Positions 6,398 to 16,740 are shown, counted from the stretch's first letter. The stretch is DNA of 24,713 bases from a virus (IMGVR_UViG_3300030392_000027:1-24713), one strand, 5' to 3'. Notes: generated by a model from the letters alone, not told the origin. Program-made: numbers and translations.

Positions 6398-8785
6398 ATG
6401 GCAAGTTATTTTGATGACTTTTTAGATATAGGTGACAATCAACCAATGGATATAGGTGATATTCCTGACGCTTTCAAAGATTTAGCTGTTCTTGGTAATT
6501 TACCACCAGAGATTGCAGGTAACGCTATAACAAGTGCTTTAAAGGGACAAAATACTTCTACTACACCTTTAACAACATCACTATCTAGGCTTGACCCTAG
6601 TGACCCTTCAACATTTGATACCTATGAAGGTGTACCTGGTGGAATAATGGATTTTGTACAAAATGTTCCAGGTTTTACAGGTGAACCAACATTTGATTTA
6701 GACCCTGTTAGAGAAAGAACAAGAGAACTTGAATTATTAGCATTACTAGACCCTTATCAATTTAATCCTAACTATGGTATATCACCAATTAACCCACCAA
6801 TGTATGACCCGATTGCACCACCACCACCAGTAGCATTTGACCCATTAAGTGCTCCTCAATATGCTGGCGGTTATGTTAAACCATTAACTCCAGAAGAACA
6901 GCTTGCACAGCAAATAGGATTGTCTACTGTAGGTACTGGTGGTGGTTCATTTGGTCAAATACCTATTGCTCTAGGTAACTTTTATAATTTTCTTAAATCA
7001 CAAACTGACCAACAAGCTGTTACTACTAACACTGGACAATATAGGTCGGTTGACAAAGATTTAGTGTTTAAACCTGATGCTGCTGGTGATTATAGAAATG
7101 CTGCAGGAATACTTGGTGACTATGTTACACCTGAAGAACTTGCTAAAGAACCTACTGAAAAAGCTAGGGAAGAAGCCCTAAGAGCAACAATGGCAGAAAA
7201 ATTTGCTCAAGCACAACCTCAAGCATTTGGTGCTACAGACCCCAATGTTAATATTTCTTTTGGTGGAACCCAAGGAATGGGTGGTTATAACTTAAAGGGT
7301 TTATTAGACCAAAGATTACAACCAATAATTTCAAGTCAAGTACCACCAATATTTGATATGGGTATTGGTGGACCTACAGGATTACAAGGTAGAGATAGAA
7401 CAATTGGAACTACTGCAGGATATACTTATGCTACACCAGGTGAGGTTATAGATGAAGGTGCTAAACCTGTTAAACCAGTTAAACCTAAACCAGTTGATGT
7501 AGATTCTGATGATGCAGAAGCTACGGTTCAAAATGGTGGGATTGCAGACCCAGAGTTATTAACTGTAAAATCAAAAGTTAATGATAAAAATAAAATTGGA
7601 ACTGAAGGAAGAACAGAAGCATTTGATTTAGATGGTAATTTAATTCCAGAGGGTGAACGTAGGATGGGAGAATCTCTTTATATATATCGTAATGGAGAGT
7701 GGATACCCAGAGGAGAATTTGGAAATATAACTGAGACTGATGAACAATTTTTTGCTCGTCTTGATGACCAAACAGAAGATGTTCCATCAGCTCCACCATC
7801 AGCTCCTGGAGCTCCACAAACATGGTTTCCTCCTGTGCCAACAGTTAATTATGGTTCATCAATAAGTCCTAGTAGAACAGCTACAGACCAATTTGGACAG
7901 CCAGTAGTACAAGCTACAGGACAACCAATGCAACAAGTTATGAGAGCTCCTGCTACATATGGTGAAGTGTTGGGTGGTACTCCAATGCAACCAATGACTA
8001 CAACAGGTGGATTTTATGATGACCTATACCAACAGTCATTATCTCCAGTAGATGCTTTTAAACAATATCAATTATCTCAATTTCCTGGTGCTTCTTTAGG
8101 TAGTAGATTGGCTGCACAAGATGCGTTAGGTACAGGGTTTACTCCAGCGTTTGGTAGATTTTTACTTGGTAGTGCATCAGGCAGAATAGCTCCACAGGAA
8201 GGGGTAGATGCTAGTAGTGGATTTAGTGGATATTTAAGAGATAGACAACGAGCAGATTTGTCACAAGTTAGACAAGAGTTTGCTAATCTTGGTGGTGCAT
8301 TACGAGGATATGCTCCTGGTGGTACTCTTGACCAAAGGTTTCCTTCGTACTACGAAACATTTGGTGACCCATCAGACCCTACAGGTTTAAAAAATGCTGT
8401 TTTACAAGCCTCACAAGCTGCACTTGGTACACGACAAAGAACTGGTGCGTTAGGAAATATTTATGATGTTATGCAACAGCAATACGGAACAGGAGGAAGT
8501 TCAAGATTTGCAGACTTTATTAGTGGTGCTTTCAACCAACAACCAATGATGCAATCATTTGCACCAAATATGCCATCACGTTCTGCAAGTTATTCATTAG
8601 CACCACCAACATTCCCAGGATTACCAGCATATGACCCTTACAATCCTATTAATCGTCTTGGAGCAACTACAGCTGCTTCAGCTAGAGTTCAACCATTAGT
8701 TACACCAAATTATCAACCAATGTCAGGATTTGGTACCCCACTTACTAATCAACAATATGGACCTGCAGGAATAGCACAAGGTTAA
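6398..8785 (+). CDS. Putative internal virion / ejection protein (795 aa, Pro/Gly/Gln-rich, Cys-free)
   Basis: Long ORF coupled to portal with GAGGAAGG upstream; low-complexity composition; function inferred from context only. Confidence 0.55.
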   Translation: MASYFDDFLDIGDNQPMDIGDIPDAFKDLAVLGNLPPEIAGNAITSALKGQNTSTTPLTTSLSRLDPSDPSTFDTYEGVPGGIMDFVQNVPGFTGEPTFDLDPVRERTRELELLALLDPYQFNPNYGISPINPPMYDPIAPPPPVAFDPLSAPQYAGGYVKPLTPEEQLAQQIGLSTVGTGGGSFGQIPIALGNFYNFLKSQTDQQAVTTNTGQYRSVDKDLVFKPDAAGDYRNAAGILGDYVTPEELAKEPTEKAREEALRATMAEKFAQAQPQAFGATDPNVNISFGGTQGMGGYNLKGLLDQRLQPIISSQVPPIFDMGIGGPTGLQGRDRTIGTTAGYTYATPGEVIDEGAKPVKPVKPKPVDVDSDDAEATVQNGGIADPELLTVKSKVNDKNKIGTEGRTEAFDLDGNLIPEGERRMGESLYIYRNGEWIPRGEFGNITETDEQFFARLDDQTEDVPSAPPSAPGAPQTWFPPVPTVNYGSSISPSRTATDQFGQPVVQATGQPMQQVMRAPATYGEVLGGTPMQPMTTTGGFYDDLYQQSLSPVDAFKQYQLSQFPGASLGSRLAAQDALGTGFTPAFGRFLLGSASGRIAPQEGVDASSGFSGYLRDRQRADLSQVRQEFANLGGALRGYAPGGTLDQRFPSYYETFGDPSDPTGLKNAVLQASQAALGTRQRTGALGNIYDVMQQQYGTGGSSRFADFISGAFNQQPMMQSFAPNMPSRSASYSLAPPTFPGLPAYDPYNPINRLGATTAASARVQPLVTPNYQPMSGFGTPLTNQQYGPAGIAQG

Positions 8786-8794
8786 GGAGTTAAT

Positions 8795-9145
8795 ATGGCT
8801 AACTACAATACATTTGATGACTTCTATGAAACAATGCTTGAGGCAGAACCTCAGACAGCTTACATGGGTGCAGTTGGTAGACAAAACTTTGGTCGTTCAT
8901 TACCTGACCCCACGTTAGATAGAGCACGAGCAGGATTTAGAAATCAATTTAGTGATGTATATAATCAGTATCTTGGACAACGAGGTAGAGAATTATCTAG
9001 TAGAACAGACCCATCTAAAATGTCTACGTTTTCTAGTTTCTTAGAAAAGTATCCTTTTACACAAAGATATTCAAATATGAGTCCTTATCAAAAAGGTACT
9101 TCTATGAATAGATTTTCTCCTAGTACAAGGTTTATATATTACTAA
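8795..9145 (+). CDS. Hypothetical virion-associated protein (116 aa)
   Basis: AAGGAG SD; TAATG overlap with the next gene. Confidence 0.7.
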   Translation: MANYNTFDDFYETMLEAEPQTAYMGAVGRQNFGRSLPDPTLDRARAGFRNQFSDVYNQYLGQRGRELSSRTDPSKMSTFSSFLEKYPFTQRYSNMSPYQKGTSMNRFSPSTRFIYY

Positions 9146-12100
9146 TGCCACACATACCAGGACATCAATACACTCCTAGAGAAAAGTTGTCTTATGGTCG
9201 AACATCTCAACCAGTAACACCACCAATACAACCAATAGCACCACCTGTTCAGCCACAACCTGTTCAAGAAGACGGTGGATTTATGTCTAATATTTGGAAT
9301 GAATATTTACAGCCTGGATTAGAAACTGCTGTAGGGTTGCCTGGAGTTAAACAAACATTACAAGGACTAGAAGCAATACAGCAAAGAGCTGTTATTCCTG
9401 CAGTTAGTAGATTAATAGAACCATTACCAATTAGATTTGAAGAAACTCCTGGTGCCCCTGAAGTCCCATGGTATGACATTCCTGGTCAGTATGGTAGAGG
9501 AGATGTCACATTTAATGTTGACCAATATGTTACTCCAGAAGGCAAGTTTTCTCCAGCAGCATTAGCTGACCAATTGTTATTAAAGAATCCAGTAGTTGGT
9601 ATTCCAAATATTGCATTAGAAGTACTAGGAGAAAACTTAAATAGAGACTTTGACATATTTGAACCAGAAACAAGAAGAAGTCAAAACGTACAAAAAGAAA
9701 TTGATAAACAAGAACAAATAACAGGTAAACCTCTTACTCAACGTGAACGGAGATTAATAGAAGAAGACCTATATAAACAACCACCTGGAGTTAGAGGGTT
9801 GTTAGAAGAAGCTCCTTGGTTTGCATTGCCGCCTGCTAGAGCAGCTAGAGCTTCTGCACAAGCAGCACGTACTGGTGCGTTAGGTGCAAAGTCTCCAACA
9901 GCTAGAGCAGCTTTACGAGCAACAGAAATAGCTTTGAAACCAGTTGAATTAATAGAAGAAGGGTTAGCTAAAGTTATTGAAGCTCCCTTTAGAGCTGTAG
10001 GTAAAGGAATTAGTGCAACAAGTCGTAGCACTAATAGAGTAATTAATCTACCACAACTAAATAATTTAACTCAAAGAGCTTTAATTTATGGAGATAATAT
10101 TATTAGAGACAAAGCATTTGTCGGAGTATCAGGAAGTGCTTTACGTGCCTCTGATAAATTAAGATTAATTAATAAATCTTTTGAAAGAAAAACAGGTGTA
10201 CAAAATAGGTTTAATATTGAGCCTAAAGAAGTTGATGGAAAAACAGATTTGTTTTTAACAATTAATGATGACGCTGTTATTCCAGATAGGATACGTATAA
10301 GAACTAATGAAGAATTAGCTAATCTTCCACCAGAACGATTTGTTGCAAAACAAAGACAAGATGAGTTCTTAGACACTCTTGAAACACCTATTGGTCAAAA
10401 AGAAATTGAAAACTTTAATCTTAATCCAAGACCAGAAGATATGACTTTTGAATCGTATCAAGCAAGTCTTGCTCAGTCTCCTGTAGGAAATAGACTTGAA
10501 GCAATTTCAAATTCTATAAATAGTTCTAAAGTAAAACGTAAATTAGTTCAAGGTGGAGATAAAGCATACGAAACATTTAAAAAACGTATTACAGATAGAT
10601 TTCCTAGTGTTGGGTCAGCTGATTGGTTAGTTGATTTCTTTGGAAAATCTCATGACTCTGCATGGATTGTACGATTTGTATCTGATATACAAGCAAGAGG
10701 AGCTAATATATCTGATAAATTAGGACTTACTGAATCACTTCAAAATCTTGCTGTTACATTAAATAATAGTTTAAATAGAGGTACAGATAGAGCATCACGT
10801 AGATTATATAATTTTAAAAAAAATAGTTTAGACCCTTTAGTAAAACAAGGTATTAATGCAACTGATGTAGACCATTTAATTAAGGCTTTAAGATTTTCTG
10901 AAATTAAAAAGAAATTTCCAGATAGAGAACCACCTAAGGCTTTTGAAAAACAAAACGGAAAGACAGACCCTTTAGGAGATAATCCTAATAAAAAAATAAA
11001 TGAAATGACTGGTGGTAGTACAAATATAGATGACGCATTAGAAAAAGGAACAGATATAAATGGAGTTTTATTAAGAGAAAAATATTCACCAGAAAAAAGA
11101 GCTCGTATAAAACAAACAGTAGAAGAATATCAAGAAATGTATAGAGCTCAGCGTCAAGAATTATTAGACGAAGGAATAATAGATTTAAATGAATTTAACG
11201 CACTAAGAGATTCTTATGTTAACTATGCCCCTATTAATTATGTAGATTCTTTTGATATATCACCTAAAGTTAGATTTAACAATAAAACACCTAATGATAC
11301 TAATATTGTAGATACGGGAATTAATTCATTAACTAATCAACTGCATAAAGATGCTGTTGTTGAATCTATGTTTGGAGGAAGATTTGCTGCCAGTCTGGTT
11401 AAACATGAAATTACAATACAACAAAACAGAGCTACTAGAGATATAGCTAAATTATATAAAGAAGAATTTGGTCTTAAAGATGTCTCAGAGAATTTTGTTA
11501 CTAAGGTTGAAGATTCTTCAGGTAGGTTGACAGGTGAAGTTATTTTAAAAAAACCTGGATACAATCAAAAAGAAAAAACTGGATACTTTACATTTTTTGA
11601 AGATGGAAAAAGATTTGTATTTGGAGATATAGACGGAACAGAAGTTCCTAAATTATTATGGGACAGCGTTAATGGAAGAAATGGTCTTGCATTAAAAGGT
11701 GAGAAAGAATTTAACCATATTATTGCTATGACTAATGGTTGGTATCGTTCTATGTATACAACATTAAGCCCTGTATTTTGGGTTCGTAATATGTTGATAG
11801 ACTCCGTAACTGTTGCCATTAAAGGTGGAGTATTACCACATGAAGTTGGGCGTGATTTAATTTCTAACTTTATAGCAATAGTTAAAGGAACAGAAACAAA
11901 AAGTGCTGAATTTATGAGAGCTTCTGGTGGATGGACAGGAGGAGGATTTACTGGAGATAGTAAAGTTCTTAATAAAATGAAACGTTCTGTAGCTGATGTA
12001 GACCAAACAGAAAATGCAACATTTATTACTAGCACAAAACATTTACGTAACATATTATCTCAAAATGTTTTTCAAACAGGAGCAAATATATTTAGACGTG

Positions 12101-14403
12101 TTGGTGGAGCAATCGAGTCAGCACCAAGAGAAGCTGTATTTAAAAAATCTTTAAGGAAAACATTTGGAGATGCAGAAGCAAAAAGATTATATAAATTAAC
12201 TGATGAACAACGAAGAATAGAAATATACGAAAACTACAAAGCATTTGATGATACTGTTGCTGATACTAAAAAACCTTTTGCTGATACAGAGGGTGCTCGT
12301 AGAGCTGGAGCTAATAGTTTAGAAGCTACATTAGATTTTAGTCGTGGTGGTTCATCAATTCGGTTAGCTAATAATTATCTTTTATTTTTAAACGCAACTA
12401 TGGAAGGTGCTAAAGTTCCATTCAGAGCTCTTGGAATTGATTTAACACCTGTTATTAGACCTATACCTATAGAAAAAAGGGTAGCAAATGGACCACTTTT
12501 TGAATTTGGAAGTACAACTGAACAATTAAAAAAATACATGACACTTGGTATTAATAATAGAGGTATAACAGGAAAATCTTTTGATATAGTAGGTGGTGGA
12601 CCTAAAATGGTAGCACTAAGAGTAGGAAGTGCTGTAGCTGCTTATTACTATATTATGGAAGAATGGAATAAGTCTTTTAAATTTAATGGAACAGCTTTGT
12701 ATTATGATGTTCCTGAAGAAGTAAGATACAACAGTATAGTTTTTATGTTGCCACCAGATAAAGATGAAAATGGTGATTTAATTCTTGACCCAATAACACA
12801 ACGCCCTAAACCTAAGTATTTAGTTATTCCTCATAGATTAAGAGAATGGAATATGTTATTTCAATCAGCTACGCTTGTTTCAGAAGCATTTGATGACACA
12901 GGTATTGATACAGATATGAGCAAATTCTTTTATCAAATTTTTAAATCGTCATCTCCTATTTCTGAAATACCTGCTCCTGAAATTTTTACAACTGCTGTAG
13001 AAGAAATTAGTGGGTATGATACTTGGAGACAAGCTCCAATTATTTCTGAAGCAGAAACTGAAGGAGCATTGCAAGACCAATACGATAAATCAACATCTAA
13101 AACAATTCGTGAAGCAGCAGGTGTTTTTGAATCATTACCTGTTCCTGAACCATTTATGGATGTTATCGGTAGTCCTAAAAGATTAGAACATTTATCTGAA
13201 AGTATGTTTGGTGGAGTAGGAACTTTAACTACATCTTTTGCTGATTACATATATCAAACAATTACAGATATAAGTGAAGCAGATAATCCTAGACCTATGA
13301 AAGAACAGGTCAAAAAGTTTAGAGAAGAAATGAATCAGACAGAACGTACTGAATTTATTATGAAATTAGATGATAAAGAATATAAAGAATTTCAAAAAGA
13401 ATTAAAAGAACCAGAAAAAGGTATTCCGTTTTTTGATGCTTTAGGTAAGTCATTTAATCCACAAAGAAGTGGTGCTATATTTTTTGGTAAACAAGAAAAG
13501 CTACAAGAAGAATTTGGTTATTCAGCTAAAGATACAAGTAATGCTATAAAGTTAGCTAGAGAAGTTAATTTTGAATTAAAATTAGAACAAGATGAAAATG
13601 ACAAAAAATTAAGTGATTGGAGAAATGGACAAAGAGGAAAAGATGTTTTGTCTCCTTCTGAATGGCGTGAGGCTCGTTCTGCTAAGTATGATAAATATGA
13701 AGGTGCAACAATAGCTATACAAAAAGAATTTAAAAATTCTGTACAAGCAGGTGCTCCAGAAGAAAGAGAACAATATTATGACCAATTATATAATGGAGCA
13801 AATTCTAGTAAGAGTGGTGTTAATTTATTAATTGCAGAATTTAAATCTATTAAGTTAGAAGAAACACCTGACTCATCAGATTGGGATAAATACAATGCAG
13901 CTAGAAATGATTTTAAAGAAAACATTAGATTAAGGTCAGAAGCACAAGGTGATAATACTTATAATGATTTTATAAGAAGTCTTGAAGCAGATGATACAGA
14001 AACAGAAAAAATGTATCAAAAAGCAAGTGAACTTTTATCTGAGTACTGGAGTATAGGTAACAATATTGATAATTTATATGATGCTGGTTTTAGTGCTAGG
14101 CAACCTCAAATAGCACAACAATGGAATGATTATTTAAATGCTGATACAGGAACACAAAATCAAATAAGACGTAGTAACCCACAAATAAATACATTAGTTA
14201 AAAGACGTAGCGAATTAAGAAAACTATATGTTCAAAATCAAGCACCTATGAATGCCCCAAATGGAGTAGATGAAACTTTAGCTTTTTGGTATGGTGATTT
14301 TTATAGTCCTGTAACTCCAGGAGGTAAAGAAGTAATAAATAGAATTTATGGCAGAGCTCCATCAACAACAGCAATTTCAAACGTAGGGCTCATTCCACGT
14401 TGA
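9145..14403 (+). CDS. Large internal virion / DNA-ejection-type protein with an LPD38-like region (1752 aa)
   Basis: Motifs LSPVFWVRNMLID, LEATLDFSRGGS..RLANNYLLFLNATMEG and YYDVPEEVRYN..YLVIPH resemble large polyvalent phage proteins; Cys-free. Confidence 0.7.
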   Translation: MPHIPGHQYTPREKLSYGRTSQPVTPPIQPIAPPVQPQPVQEDGGFMSNIWNEYLQPGLETAVGLPGVKQTLQGLEAIQQRAVIPAVSRLIEPLPIRFEETPGAPEVPWYDIPGQYGRGDVTFNVDQYVTPEGKFSPAALADQLLLKNPVVGIPNIALEVLGENLNRDFDIFEPETRRSQNVQKEIDKQEQITGKPLTQRERRLIEEDLYKQPPGVRGLLEEAPWFALPPARAARASAQAARTGALGAKSPTARAALRATEIALKPVELIEEGLAKVIEAPFRAVGKGISATSRSTNRVINLPQLNNLTQRALIYGDNIIRDKAFVGVSGSALRASDKLRLINKSFERKTGVQNRFNIEPKEVDGKTDLFLTINDDAVIPDRIRIRTNEELANLPPERFVAKQRQDEFLDTLETPIGQKEIENFNLNPRPEDMTFESYQASLAQSPVGNRLEAISNSINSSKVKRKLVQGGDKAYETFKKRITDRFPSVGSADWLVDFFGKSHDSAWIVRFVSDIQARGANISDKLGLTESLQNLAVTLNNSLNRGTDRASRRLYNFKKNSLDPLVKQGINATDVDHLIKALRFSEIKKKFPDREPPKAFEKQNGKTDPLGDNPNKKINEMTGGSTNIDDALEKGTDINGVLLREKYSPEKRARIKQTVEEYQEMYRAQRQELLDEGIIDLNEFNALRDSYVNYAPINYVDSFDISPKVRFNNKTPNDTNIVDTGINSLTNQLHKDAVVESMFGGRFAASLVKHEITIQQNRATRDIAKLYKEEFGLKDVSENFVTKVEDSSGRLTGEVILKKPGYNQKEKTGYFTFFEDGKRFVFGDIDGTEVPKLLWDSVNGRNGLALKGEKEFNHIIAMTNGWYRSMYTTLSPVFWVRNMLIDSVTVAIKGGVLPHEVGRDLISNFIAIVKGTETKSAEFMRASGGWTGGGFTGDSKVLNKMKRSVADVDQTENATFITSTKHLRNILSQNVFQTGANIFRRVGGAIESAPREAVFKKSLRKTFGDAEAKRLYKLTDEQRRIEIYENYKAFDDTVADTKKPFADTEGARRAGANSLEATLDFSRGGSSIRLANNYLLFLNATMEGAKVPFRALGIDLTPVIRPIPIEKRVANGPLFEFGSTTEQLKKYMTLGINNRGITGKSFDIVGGGPKMVALRVGSAVAAYYYIMEEWNKSFKFNGTALYYDVPEEVRYNSIVFMLPPDKDENGDLILDPITQRPKPKYLVIPHRLREWNMLFQSATLVSEAFDDTGIDTDMSKFFYQIFKSSSPISEIPAPEIFTTAVEEISGYDTWRQAPIISEAETEGALQDQYDKSTSKTIREAAGVFESLPVPEPFMDVIGSPKRLEHLSESMFGGVGTLTTSFADYIYQTITDISEADNPRPMKEQVKKFREEMNQTERTEFIMKLDDKEYKEFQKELKEPEKGIPFFDALGKSFNPQRSGAIFFGKQEKLQEEFGYSAKDTSNAIKLAREVNFELKLEQDENDKKLSDWRNGQRGKDVLSPSEWREARSAKYDKYEGATIAIQKEFKNSVQAGAPEEREQYYDQLYNGANSSKSGVNLLIAEFKSIKLEETPDSSDWDKYNAARNDFKENIRLRSEAQGDNTYNDFIRSLEADDTETEKMYQKASELLSEYWSIGNNIDNLYDAGFSARQPQIAQQWNDYLNADTGTQNQIRRSNPQINTLVKRRSELRKLYVQNQAPMNAPNGVDETLAFWYGDFYSPVTPGGKEVINRIYGRAPSTTAISNVGLIPR

Positions 14404-14446
14404 CAACACATGTATACTATAAATTAAATTATATGAGGTATTAATA

Positions 14447-15262
14447 ATGGTTAATCAGGCAGAACAAGACAATACAAGTACCCCTGAAGTTACTCAGGAC
14501 AATAATAATGGAGACACACTAGTTGATGTAACTTCAGAATTTGAAGGAGCTGATACTTTTACAGATACTTCTGCTCCTACAGAAGAAGTAACTGACACTC
14601 CCCCACCACCTGAAAATACAGAAACTTCAACAGAAACACCAACAGAAACACCTGTTGAACCTGTAGCCGAACAAGCAAATACTAGTACAGAAACTCCTCC
14701 AGTAACCCCAGTACCTCAAGAAGACACTCAAACTACAGAAACTAGATTACGAGAACTTGAAACTAAAAATGCTGCATATGAACAACAGCAACAGCAGTCT
14801 CAACTTCAATCACAAGCTGGGCAATATGCACAGCAATTAGAAAAACAAGGTTATTTGCCAGACCAAGCAAATCAAATTGCTACTCAATGGATGGCACAAC
14901 AAAGTCGTGAAACACAGTTAGCACAACAACAGCAAGACCAAATTAGATATGTTCAAGGTCAAGCTGCAGCAGCAGAACATTTTGCTACTAAATATGACTT
15001 GAAGTTAAGCGACCTTGCAGAATTAAAAAAATATGACTCTCCTCCAGCTATGGAAGAAGCAGCTAAAAGTATTCAAGCTAATAGAGCTAAAGATGCTAGA
15101 ATAGCAGAACTAGAAGCAAAGTTAGTTCCACCACAGAGTTTTGACAGTAGTCAAAGCACACCTGGTGCTTCTAATAGTAACGAGAGTTGGTTAGACAAAT
15201 ACAATTCAGGTGATAGGTCACCGAATGCACTTGCTGCAGCACGAAGGGCTACAGGTTTATAG
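14447..15262 (+). CDS. Capsid scaffolding protein (putative)
   Basis: Acidic Thr/Glu/Pro-rich N-terminus, Gln-rich coiled coil, directly upstream of the capsid gene; GAGG SD. Confidence 0.75.
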   Translation: MVNQAEQDNTSTPEVTQDNNNGDTLVDVTSEFEGADTFTDTSAPTEEVTDTPPPPENTETSTETPTETPVEPVAEQANTSTETPPVTPVPQEDTQTTETRLRELETKNAAYEQQQQQSQLQSQAGQYAQQLEKQGYLPDQANQIATQWMAQQSRETQLAQQQQDQIRYVQGQAAAAEHFATKYDLKLSDLAELKKYDSPPAMEEAAKSIQANRAKDARIAELEAKLVPPQSFDSSQSTPGASNSNESWLDKYNSGDRSPNALAAARRATGL

Positions 15263-15303
15263 GGTAGTAGTTGTTTAACAAAAACAGCAGCACAAAGGGC
15301 TAC
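15236..15303 (+). repeat. 17-nt direct repeat GCAGCAC(G/A)AAGGGCTAC straddling the scaffold stop codon
   Basis: Copies at 15236-15252 and 15287-15303, 16/17 identical, 51 nt apart. Confidence 0.85.
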
Positions 15304-15344
15304 TGAGTTAATTAAAATTTAAGAATTAAATCAGGAGGGCTATC

Positions 15345-16217
15345 ATGGCTCAGACATCAACAACTGGAAATTTAGAAAATGCCCAGAGAATAATACTTAG
15401 TTCAGCTAGGTATACAGAAGAACATAATGCACCTGCATTGGCACTTATAGAACAATTTAGTTTACCTAAAGGTGCTAAGACAGTTACTGTTCCTAAAGTT
15501 GGCTCAATGACAATGAGTGACCTACAAGACGGAATAGACATTATTGACGAAGAAGATATCGGAATGACAACAGTTGACCTTACAGCTAGTGAGGTTGGAG
15601 CTAAAGTTATTCTTACAGATAAACTTGTAAGACAAGCAGCTGACAATGTTTTCTCAATTATTGGAAGACAGCTTGGTGATGGAATGGCTCGAAAGAAAGA
15701 CAATGATGTCATTGCTCTTTATACAGGATTAAATAGCGCAAGTAACTTTGGGGCTGACGGTAGAAGCATGACTGCTGCTAACGTACATGCAATTATTTCT
15801 AACGCTAAAGCAAACAAGTTTGGTTCTCAGTTATATATACTTCACCACCCAAATGCTATTGCAGCTCTATCTAAAGAAGCAGCAACAACTGCAGGCAACA
15901 ACGCTGAGATTACATCAGGTTGGTCAGCAGATTTGCTATCTAACTTTTATAGTGGTCTACGACCAATTAATGGTGTACCAATTTTTGAAGATGGAAACAT
16001 TCAAAAGGATGGAAGTAATGACTCAGGGTATGGTGTTATTGCTGACAAGACTGCATTAGCAGCTCTTACTAGCGTAGAAACCAGAACTGAAAGACAAAGA
16101 GATGCTTCTCTTAGAGCTACAGAAATTGTAATGACAGCAGACTATGGTGTCTTTGAATTAGATGACACTAAAGGAGCTGCAGTATTGTTTGAAATTGGTG
16201 ACTTAGCAACTACATAA
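15345..16217 (+). CDS. Major capsid protein (HK97 fold)
   Basis: 290 aa; GAKTVTVPK, QLGDGMARKKDNDVI, ILHHP, INGVPIFE and ADYGVFELD pattern; strong AGGAGG SD; follows scaffold. Confidence 0.88.
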   Translation: MAQTSTTGNLENAQRIILSSARYTEEHNAPALALIEQFSLPKGAKTVTVPKVGSMTMSDLQDGIDIIDEEDIGMTTVDLTASEVGAKVILTDKLVRQAADNVFSIIGRQLGDGMARKKDNDVIALYTGLNSASNFGADGRSMTAANVHAIISNAKANKFGSQLYILHHPNAIAALSKEAATTAGNNAEITSGWSADLLSNFYSGLRPINGVPIFEDGNIQKDGSNDSGYGVIADKTALAALTSVETRTERQRDASLRATEIVMTADYGVFELDDTKGAAVLFEIGDLATT

Positions 16218-16230
16218 AGTAGAGGTATAA

Positions 16231-16632
16231 ATGGCAAATATAACTGAACGAAACAAACAAAAAGTAGACTTGGCTAATGCTGGTTTTGCTATGAAATATA
16301 TAGATGATTGGCAAGCTAAAACTGTTTTATTTAGACATAAGGCTAGTGTAAATAGCGAAGGTAAAATTAGTGGAGCAGTTGGTACTACTATAACTGGAGT
16401 GCCAGGCAACCCTGATTATGTACTTAGAAAAGCTAAAATTGGTTTGTTTCCTTGGAAACCAGAAGAAAGTTGTACGTGCCAATGGTGCAGAGAAACTGAT
16501 TGGAAAGCTCAAGAACCTACGACTATTAAAGGATTCTGTAATTCCTGTGGATTTGAAGCAGAAGCTAAAAATAGTTCTGGTATTGGGGCTAAGTTGGCTT
16601 TTCATAAGAAAGCTGAACACCCTGATGTATAA
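16231..16632 (+). CDS. Zinc-finger protein (133 aa)
   Basis: CTCQWC and C2H2-like CNSC...HKKAEH; GAGG SD. Confidence 0.75.
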   Translation: MANITERNKQKVDLANAGFAMKYIDDWQAKTVLFRHKASVNSEGKISGAVGTTITGVPGNPDYVLRKAKIGLFPWKPEESCTCQWCRETDWKAQEPTTIKGFCNSCGFEAEAKNSSGIGAKLAFHKKAEHPDV

Positions 16633-16633
16633 T

Positions 16634-16740
16634 AGAATCCTGAAAGTTGTAAAGATTGACCGAGGCTTTCAGGGTTCTTAAAATAAAATCGGTTGGTCGC
16701 AGGGGTAAACCCTGTAAATAAATAAACCTTTAGGAGGTTT
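16634..16740 (+). promoter_or_regulatory. Structured RNA leader: H-type pseudoknot, hairpin and SD-occluding hairpin
   Basis: Stem 16634-16648/16664-16678; loop 16654-16663 pairs with 16689-16698; hairpin 16699-16715; AAACCT/AGGTTT hairpin 16724-16740 overlaps the SD. Confidence 0.7.

Noticed and set aside
14400-14430. Sigma70 promoter before the scaffold gene (TTGACA and TATACT)
   Set aside because: The hexamers are only 7 nt apart and the best -10 at 17-18 nt is poor. A promoter is plausible here but cannot be placed confidently.
16630-16660. Stop-codon readthrough stimulated by the pseudoknot
   Set aside because: TAA is followed immediately by in-frame TAG and then TGA, so no fusion to the downstream gene is possible.
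15787-16681. Alternate-frame plus ORFs 15787-16059 and 16418-16681 as frameshift or overprinted products
   Set aside because: No SD or clear slippery site found; Leu/Lys-rich composition typical of off-frame reading.
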